Assembly (NCBI GenBank): GCA_963737905.1
Contig: CAVTUQ010000002.1
Coordinates: 256,001-320,000 of the forward strand
Direction of reading: 5' to 3'
Source: an uncultured delta proteobacterium
GTDB taxonomy: Bacteria; Desulfobacterota; Binatia; UBA9968
Length of the DNA stretch: 64,000 nucleotides
Part shown: one piece after another, positions 57,354-64,000 of the stretch
Layout: each line of letters starts with the position of its first letter
How positions within the stretch are numbered: the stretch's first letter is position 1
Made by a program: the position numbers and the translations under genes
The notes under the pieces: generated by a model
What the model saw: the letters and a program-made list of their open reading frames with translations, nothing else
Told to the model about the DNA's origin: nothing
The model's database searches: none

Positions 57354-58649
57354 CTACGCAGGTTTCGTTGGCGGTCTCAGGCAGAGACTGAGCACCGCGG
57401 AGGTGAATAGCATGGCGATGAAGATACTGAAGGACAATTGGTAGCTATCGGTGTAGTCGAAGAGCAGCCCGAAGAATGGCGGGCCGCCGGCGGAGAAAAT
57501 GCTTGTCACCAACAAGCCCATGCCGCGGATTTTTCCGAGCGAGATGCGTCCGAAAAAATCGGCCCAGATGGTTTCCGCCAGGATCGCGGTGCCGCCCATG
57601 CCGATGCCGTAGATAAAAAAGCCGGCATAGAGCGGCATCATTCCGGGCAGCAGGAGCGCCACCAACAGGCCGGCGCCTTGGAGCGCGCATTTGGCCATAT
57701 TGAGGATGCCGTTATCCATGCGGTCGGCGAGCGTGCCCCAGACGATCGGCGTGCTGAACTGCATGATCGCGATGATGCTCATCACCGACGCGGCCACCAG
57801 GGTTGGATGGCCTTGATCGGTGACATAAGAAAACACATGGAGATTGAGTCCGGTGACGCCGATCTGGGCGACGCCGAAGGTGCTGGCGATGAGCCAGAAG
57901 ACCGGCGTGCGCAGCGCTTCGCGCCGGCTCCATTCGACATCGTCGGCGCCGGTGCGCTTGGCGTGGCGGGGTTTTTTGGGCGTTGGGACTTCCGCTTTCG
58001 ACTCCTCTGGCGCGCCGTCCGGCAGCAATCCCATTTCTTCCGGAGACCGGCGCATAAACAACAACGCCGGCACGACCACCAACAGCAAAGCGAAAACGCC
58101 GAAGACTACCCAAGCGCCGCGCCAGCCGACGTAAAGCATCAGCGTCGCAGCCGCCACCGGCATGCAGACCTTGGCCAAGCCATGGCCCATGCTGGCGATG
58201 GCCAGGGCGCGGCCGCGCATGCGCACGAACCAGCGCGAGATCGAAACGTTGACCACCATGGACCCCATCAACGAATCGCCGGGACTGATGAGCAGCCACC
58301 GCATCAGCATGAACTGGGTGAAATCTCGCGCCTGACCGAGACAGATAAAGCCGGCGCCGGAAATTAGCCCGCCGGCCGCCATCAACCAGCGCCCGCCGTA
58401 GCGATCCATCAAAGTGCCGATCACCGGCGCCGCCGCCGCGCCGATGAGAATCTCGCCCGACCGGATCAGCGAAAAGGTTCCGCGGGAAATACCGAGATCG
58501 GCCGACAACGGTTTGAGAAAAACCGCCAGTGTACTGGAGATCGAAAATGCCGAAGCGATGAGGGCGAGAAAGCCGACGACGACGATGACCCAGCCGTAGT
58601 AGAGAGACTTTTTCTTTGCCGGTTGCTCGAGCAGAGGTAAAAAGGACAT
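57354..58649 (-). CDS. MFS transporter (OFA/MCT-like)
   Basis: LYYGWVIV, GTLMDRYGGR, WFVRMRGRA, GTLADR and about 12 TM segments. Confidence 0.92.
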   Translation of the reverse strand: MSFLPLLEQPAKKKSLYYGWVIVVVGFLALIASAFSISSTLAVFLKPLSADLGISRGTFSLIRSGEILIGAAAAPVIGTLMDRYGGRWLMAAGGLISGAGFICLGQARDFTQFMLMRWLLISPGDSLMGSMVVNVSISRWFVRMRGRALAIASMGHGLAKVCMPVAAATLMLYVGWRGAWVVFGVFALLLVVVPALLFMRRSPEEMGLLPDGAPEESKAEVPTPKKPRHAKRTGADDVEWSRREALRTPVFWLIASTFGVAQIGVTGLNLHVFSYVTDQGHPTLVAASVMSIIAIMQFSTPIVWGTLADRMDNGILNMAKCALQGAGLLVALLLPGMMPLYAGFFIYGIGMGGTAILAETIWADFFGRISLGKIRGMGLLVTSIFSAGGPPFFGLLFDYTDSYQLSFSIFIAMLFTSAVLSLCLRPPTKPA

Positions 58650-58936
58650 CCCTCGCTTGTAGCAAGGATCGCGGCGAAACTACAAGGCGAGCGGAAGTAG
58701 TGCTAACCTAAAATCAAAGGCGGCGCAGCGGGGTTGAACTCGCGGGGTACGCCGGCGAAACGAGGGTCATAAGCAAACAAGCAAAGCCTGACGCTCTGGG
58801 ATTCCGTTTCCAAGCCAAATCCCCCGCACTCGGCCGCCGCCGAGCGATCTAAGCACACGGTAACCCAACTGATAGATTTGGCGTTTGGTCGAAGGTTTGG
58901 ATAGTATCGAGCCAACATGCAGTGAAGGGAAAATCT

Positions 58937-60115
58937 ATGTGGAATGGATATAAAGTCATCGATGCGGATGCCCACATGCACGAACCTCGCGACATGTGGG
59001 AGAAATACGTGGAGCCTAAGTACCGGGCGCAAACTCCCAAAGTCGCCTACATGAACGGCACATTCATGGTTTACGAGCCGGATGGAAAGATCGTTCCGAA
59101 AGATGAAAGGCAGGTCAAAGGTCCGCCGAAGGAATCGTTCAAAATAATGGAGGAAAGATACGGCGATGCCTTTCGAACGTGGTGGGCGCCGCCAACCCGG
59201 ATCAAGGACATGGATCGATACGGCTGGGATATTCAAGTGCTTTTGCCTACCGGCAGCAACGGAAACTTCGGTTGTTCCGTAGCCCTGAAGGATGCCGATC
59301 TAGGCGCCGCGCTGTGCCGGGCCTATAACAATTGGGCGCATGATTACTGCGCTTTGGACTCCAATCGGCTCAAGTTCATCGCCGTAGTTCCGGGGGCCAA
59401 TGTCGACGAGATTGTGAAAGAAGCGAAACGAGCGGTGGAAGAGCTCGGAGCGGTCTCGATCAGGAACCCATTGTTGCCTAAGGGCAAATGGTTGCACGAG
59501 AAGGAGTATGACGCACTGTGGCAAATCGCTTGTGAGTTGGATTTTCCCATCGCAGTCCACGGTGAGTACCGTTATCGGTTCCAGCCTTTCCGCGGGTTTC
59601 GCGTTGTGGAGCAAAGCGGCTCAAGTAGAGAGGCGGCTCACGACTTCCAAGCCTTGCGCGGCGTCGATCATGCGATAGGATTTCCTTGCGACAACATGGT
59701 GACGATGGGCCATTTCATTTTCACGGGAATACTGGAGCGGTTTCCCAAACTGCGTCTCGCGATTCTCGAATCGAACGCTGGCTGGTTACCCTTTTGGCTC
59801 GGACGGATGGATGTCCACTCGCACGGCCGTTACAGCGTTATGGGTAAGCCAAAAAATATCTCCATGCTGCCGAGCGAGTATTTCATCCGCCAGTGCACGG
59901 TGGCTTGCGACAGCGATGAGAGTGCCTTGGGATATGCGGTCGAGCATCTAAAGGGAGACTGTATCGTTTGGAACACCGACTATCCTCATCTCGACGGAAT
60001 CGAGCCGGCGAAAGCGCTGCCCGAGTTCAACGCTCAACCGATTTCCGATGACGCTAAGCGAAAAATTCTTTGGGACAATGCGGTCAAGCTCTATGGACCA
60101 AGACTCGTGATGTAA
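58937..60115 (+). CDS. Amidohydrolase-2 family protein
   Basis: VIDADAHMHEP, CRAYNNW, AVH, ERFPKLRLAILESNAGW, WNTDYPH and KILWDNA. Confidence 0.9.
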   Translation: MWNGYKVIDADAHMHEPRDMWEKYVEPKYRAQTPKVAYMNGTFMVYEPDGKIVPKDERQVKGPPKESFKIMEERYGDAFRTWWAPPTRIKDMDRYGWDIQVLLPTGSNGNFGCSVALKDADLGAALCRAYNNWAHDYCALDSNRLKFIAVVPGANVDEIVKEAKRAVEELGAVSIRNPLLPKGKWLHEKEYDALWQIACELDFPIAVHGEYRYRFQPFRGFRVVEQSGSSREAAHDFQALRGVDHAIGFPCDNMVTMGHFIFTGILERFPKLRLAILESNAGWLPFWLGRMDVHSHGRYSVMGKPKNISMLPSEYFIRQCTVACDSDESALGYAVEHLKGDCIVWNTDYPHLDGIEPAKALPEFNAQPISDDAKRKILWDNAVKLYGPRLVM

Positions 60116-60361
60116 ATTGTCTACGACTCTCATAAGGAGGTTCGAGTTCCGAGATGCTAATCCCCCGTCGGCGCGATTCCAACGCTCTGAAGACACGATC
60201 ACGGAACACGAACCCCGCCGTAAAACGATTGAAACCGAGCGAATCGATGGAACTCTTCGAGAGACTCGGGGCCGGCTTTTGGAAGCGATGGGAACAATGG
60301 ATTTTGGAATACCTTCAGTAACAGCTATTCCCCCCGCGTACCGAGACCGAGTAGTGCCGCT

Positions 60362-61384
60362 ATGAAAGTTCGCATCGCCCAGTTTGTGCACGCCACCCAC
60401 GATGTGGTGGACGAAGCTTTTCTGCGGGAATTTCCCGAAATCGAAGCGGCAAAAGCCAACAGCCTGCAAACCCTGTCCGATGCGCTCGCCGGCGCGGAAA
60501 TCTTGCACGTCTACAATTCCGCCTTCACGCCGGAGTTCGCGAGGCTGGTGCGGGACAAGGGTCGGGCGCTCAAGTGGATACAGTTCACGACTGTAGGCAT
60601 CGATGTCGCGCTTAGAGCGGGGCTGCCCGAGGGTGTCTGGGTCACTAATAGTGGCGACGTGAGCCAGCGGGTGCTGGCCGGCCACGCCATCGCCCTGATG
60701 CTGGGCGTCATGAGGGGCTTTCGCCGGTTCGAGCCCTTGCGTGGGCAACGTGATTGGGCACGGCAGGCCATGCCTCGCTACATGATCGCGCCCGATGGCG
60801 CGCGCATGGTGATCCTCGGCATGGGCCGCATCGGTCAGGACATCGCGCGCAAGGCCAAGGCATTCGACATGGAGGTGATCTGCGTCACCCGCGCGCCCGC
60901 CCCCGCCGTGCCCGAGATCGACCGCGTGGTGCCTCGGGAAAAGGTGGACGAGGTGCTTCCCGCCGCCGACGTGGTAATGATCGCGATGCCGCTCGACGCC
61001 GGCACCCAGGGATTTCTGAGCGCCGAAAGGATCGCGCTTATGAAAGAGACGGCGGTCCTCGTAAATATCTCCCGCGGCAAGGTCGTGGACGAGGCGGCGC
61101 TGGCCCGCGCCCTAGCGGAGGGCCGCATCATGGGGGCGGGGCTTGACGCTTTCGCCAAAGAACCGTTGCCCGAGGCGAGCCCGTTCTGGGAACTTCCCAA
61201 CGTGCTGATGACGCCTCATGTGGGCGGCAACGGCGGGCGCGAATTGTGGCGGCGGATGAGCGAACTCGTGCGCGATAACACGCGCCGCTATCTTTCGGGT
61301 GCGCCGCTCAAACACGTGGTCAGAACGCCCGACGGAACGCTCCAAGGCTTTGAAAACCTACAGGCGGGCAACTCACAGGGATGA
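60362..61384 (+). CDS. D-2-hydroxyacid dehydrogenase family protein
   Basis: ILGMGRIGQ, VNISRGKVVDE, AGLDAF..EPL and MTPHVGG. Confidence 0.9.
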   Translation: MKVRIAQFVHATHDVVDEAFLREFPEIEAAKANSLQTLSDALAGAEILHVYNSAFTPEFARLVRDKGRALKWIQFTTVGIDVALRAGLPEGVWVTNSGDVSQRVLAGHAIALMLGVMRGFRRFEPLRGQRDWARQAMPRYMIAPDGARMVILGMGRIGQDIARKAKAFDMEVICVTRAPAPAVPEIDRVVPREKVDEVLPAADVVMIAMPLDAGTQGFLSAERIALMKETAVLVNISRGKVVDEAALARALAEGRIMGAGLDAFAKEPLPEASPFWELPNVLMTPHVGGNGGRELWRRMSELVRDNTRRYLSGAPLKHVVRTPDGTLQGFENLQAGNSQG

Positions 61385-61406
61385 GGATTCGGTGAGCCAC
61401 GATCCG

Positions 61407-61460
61407 AAGGTGGTTTCAGGATCTCACTTGAGTCAAGACTTGATCCTGAGCCATCACTTT
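61407..61460. repeat. Inverted repeat between convergent genes (possible bidirectional terminator or MITE-like element)
   Basis: TGGTTTCAGGATC ... GATCCTGAGCCA, with the inner palindrome CTTGAGTCAAG. Confidence 0.5.
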
Positions 61461-61497
61461 TGAGCTAAAGCCTCCCTGCAATGAACCTCGATGCCTT

Positions 61498-62292
61498 CTA
61501 TACCGCGCTGTAACCACCGTCGATGAAGACGACCTGGCCGCAGATCAAGTCCGCAGCCGGCGATGCCAGGAAAAGAACTAAGTCTGCAATCTCCAGCGGC
61601 GTCCCGAATCGATGAAGTGGAATACGCGCTTTCACGGGCGCGCTCTTCTCCTCGTCACCCCAGGCCATCTTTCCCATATCGGTGAGGACGACGGTGGGCG
61701 CAACAGCGTTCGTCTGGATATTGAATGGCCCCCATTCGGCAGCCATGACGCGCGTCAACATGTTCAGCCCGCCCTTGGAGGAGCTGTAGGCGGCATGTCC
61801 CTCGCATCCGACCTTGGCAGCCAGAGACGAGACATTGATGATCTTGCCACGCCGCTGTGCGATCATTCCAGGCGCGACGAGCTGCGCCAGCAAGAATGGC
61901 GCCCGGAGATTGACGGCCTGAGTCTCCTCCCAGTGTTCGACCGTGGTCTCGAGCAGACTCTCGCGATGAAAGACACCGGCGTTGTTCACGAGGATGTCCA
62001 CCGTTCCTAGGAACTCGATGGCCCGGGTGCCGGCGGTGCGCGGGCCATCGACTGTCCCCAGGTCCGCCTGAATTGCGACGCACCGGCGACCCTTGCCGGC
62101 GATGGCTTGCCTCGTCGCTTCGAGGCCCTCCGCATCTCTGCCCACGATGGCAACATCGGCTCCGGCGTCGGCGAAATCGGTCGCGATCTCCACGCCGATG
62201 CCCCGCGAGGCGCCCGTGACCAGAGCCTTTTTGCCCTGAAGGCTGAATCGACTGGCGCGGTCAAGCATCGGCTGAAATCTCCGGGAGCTCAC
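61498..62292 (-). CDS. SDR family oxidoreductase
   Basis: TGASRGIG, NNAG, YSSSKGG (YxxxK) and DGGY. Confidence 0.92.
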   Translation of the reverse strand: MSSRRFQPMLDRASRFSLQGKKALVTGASRGIGVEIATDFADAGADVAIVGRDAEGLEATRQAIAGKGRRCVAIQADLGTVDGPRTAGTRAIEFLGTVDILVNNAGVFHRESLLETTVEHWEETQAVNLRAPFLLAQLVAPGMIAQRRGKIINVSSLAAKVGCEGHAAYSSSKGGLNMLTRVMAAEWGPFNIQTNAVAPTVVLTDMGKMAWGDEEKSAPVKARIPLHRFGTPLEIADLVLFLASPAADLICGQVVFIDGGYSAV

Positions 62293-62441
62293 GGGACCTT
62301 AGGGAATCATTCATCAAGCCACCGCCTGCCTCAAAAAGTAAAAAGATTTGAAGAAAAATCCATTTTAAGTGGTGTATATCGAAATACTAAAATCCCATTA
62401 CGAACTACATATGCGCAATTGACTCTAAGAGGTATATAGTA

Positions 62442-62617
62442 ATGACTCTTCCCGTACCAGATATTTCCAAAAATCTATTCGACTTAAACGGTTTCTGCAG
62501 TATCGTTACCGGCGTCGGAAAGGGGATCGGCTTGACCTATCCCGAGCGCTCGCTCACGACGGAAGTGACCTCGTCCTTGTAGGCCGGAGGTCCACTCCGT
62601 GGCCAAGGCTTTTGTGA
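62442..62617 (+). pseudogene. N-terminal fragment of an SDR oxidoreductase
   Basis: An AGAGGT RBS precedes MTLPVPDISKNLFDLNGFCSIVTGVGKGIGLTY, which shifts frame to RALAHDGSDLVLVGR and stops just before the convergent gene. Confidence 0.65.
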
Positions 62618-62623
62618 GGTCGC

Positions 62624-64000
62624 CTAGTTCATGCTGGGCGCCCCCGTGGCGAGCCGAATTTTCTCCGACACTTCTGCAGCCTCGTGGCTGGCCGAGAACA
62701 CGTTGCGTGGCGACGCCGCGTCGCCAATTTTGTAGACCATCGCCCTCACGCCTGCTCGTTGAAGGTCCTCCGCGAGCCCAAACTGTGAGACGCGGCCGCC
62801 GATCACGACCGCATCGACGGCCAACTCGCTCACGCTGCCCTTGCTCTGTATTTTCACGCGCTTGCCGGTCAGCAACTCGGCCGTGGTCTCCGGGTGAACC
62901 ACGATCCGGTCGTTCTCCGCGAGTTGGTTGGCGAGGAAGAGTGCCGTGATAGGCGCTTTATCATCGGCCAAGGCCGCGGCCGAGGTGATGATATGAACTT
63001 TGACCCCCTGCCGAGCGAGATACTGAGCGGCGTGGCAGCTTGCGTGGTCACCGCCCAGCATGGCGACTTCGCCGATCCATTCGCCTGCAGGGCGGTCCAT
63101 TGCAGAAAAAATATTGAACACCGGCACGCTGCAATCTTCTTTGTCAGCCCGGAGAGTGCCGCCACGCGCTCCCGTGGCGACGACCACCACGTCGGGATCC
63201 ATGGCTTTCACGTCTTCGACGCTGACCGAAGAACCCATGACGACGGGCACGTTCAATTTATTCAACTGAAGGCTCAACCAGTCGGCGAGGGCGCCATGGT
63301 CGGGCTGGACTCGGCGGCTGTAGCGGATCTGACCGCCGAGAGTCTCTGAAGCCTCGTGGATCGTAACATTCTGACCTTGTCTTTTCAGCATGCGGGCCGC
63401 ATGCATGCCCGCAATCCCGCCTCCGACCACCAGGAGGCGAACGGGTGAGGAGACGGTCTTGATAGACCGGGAGGTCTCGAATGTGGTCTGCGGGTTGGCC
63501 GCACATCCGTTCGGCACGCGGGCCACGGTCCTCTCGAGGCACGTGTTGCAGCCGATACAGGGCAGAATTTCCTGAGGTCGCGCCTCGATCAGCTTGCGCA
63601 CGTAATGCGGATCGGCGTGGAAGGCGCGGGTCAGCGTAATGTACTCGAAGCCTTCTTTCTCCATAACTGCACTGGCGAATTCCGGATCATTGAGCCGTTG
63701 CGCGACACTTACCGGCACGCGGTCGCCGACGACCTTTCGGATTGCGGCCGCATGCGGCACGAATCCTCCCTTGGGAGACTCGGGACCCTGAAACATCTTG
63801 GCCGCCGACTCATAGGTGCCACCGGCGACGTCGATCAGGTCGATGCCGGCGTCGGCCAGCATGTTACAGAACGCCGCGCTCTCTTCGATCTCTAATCCGC
63901 CTTCCACGAACTCGACTGCCGAAATGCGGTACCCGATCGGGTAATCCTTGCCGACCACCGCACGAAGAGCGACCAATATCTCGAGCGCGAACCGCGCACG
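62624..64000 (-). CDS. NADH:flavin oxidoreductase (OYE barrel plus 4Fe-4S plus FAD/NAD domains; FadH/TMADH-like), 5' end beyond the window
   Basis: RARFALEI, RISAVE, RAFHADP, CIGCNTC...CAANP, VVGGGIAG and VVATGA. The frame stays open to the window end. Confidence 0.9.
   Translation of the reverse strand, partial: RARFALEILVALRAVVGKDYPIGYRISAVEFVEGGLEIEESAAFCNMLADAGIDLIDVAGGTYESAAKMFQGPESPKGGFVPHAAAIRKVVGDRVPVSVAQRLNDPEFASAVMEKEGFEYITLTRAFHADPHYVRKLIEARPQEILPCIGCNTCLERTVARVPNGCAANPQTTFETSRSIKTVSSPVRLLVVGGGIAGMHAARMLKRQGQNVTIHEASETLGGQIRYSRRVQPDHGALADWLSLQLNKLNVPVVMGSSVSVEDVKAMDPDVVVVATGARGGTLRADKEDCSVPVFNIFSAMDRPAGEWIGEVAMLGGDHASCHAAQYLARQGVKVHIITSAAALADDKAPITALFLANQLAENDRIVVHPETTAELLTGKRVKIQSKGSVSELAVDAVVIGGRVSQFGLAEDLQRAGVRAMVYKIGDAASPRNVFSASHEAAEVSEKIRLATGAPSMN

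Noticed and set aside
60117-60365. 82-aa ORF between the amidohydrolase and the dehydrogenase
   Set aside because: It has a TTG start, no RBS and no motif. Another frame looks more like a decayed gene end, so it is not called as a CDS.

Overview
Bacterial chromosomal window with no rRNA, tRNA, CRISPR array or transposase that I could recognise. The many orphan substrate-binding proteins, amidohydrolases, F420/LLM-type enzymes and short-period intergenic repeats suggest a Candidatus Binatia / deltaproteobacteria-like genome (inference). From 1-8 kb is an accessory patchwork: an ABC substrate-binding gene end, a vapBC-like toxin-antitoxin pair, an SBP plus LigY-like hydrolase bracketed by a ~285-bp diverged direct repeat, an F420-reductase-like gene and an SBP plus LLM monooxygenase. 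From 8-10 kb is a fluoride-riboswitch-controlled DUF190-CBS plus crcB operon. From 10-24 kb are housekeeping genes (ribBX, panE, a cytochrome c with a contracted CxCH motif, moxR, mltG, glgP and others), several with leaderless-type promoters. From 24-36 kb is a complex I operon nuoA-C-D-E-F-G-H-J-K-L-M-N that lacks nuoB and nuoI and is preceded by a switch-like leader containing an intrinsic terminator. From 39-50 kb is a DNA-repair neighbourhood (AddAB/AdnAB-like helicase-nuclease, LigC, Prim-PolC-like polymerase). From 50-64 kb are catabolic genes, including an uncharacterised ferritin-like protein and a signal-less PBP-fold protein. Seven single-base +1 frameshifts are probably assembly errors. 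A family of 9-nt-period GTTCAA/TTGAAC repeats marks many gene junctions and several gene-remnant breakpoints.
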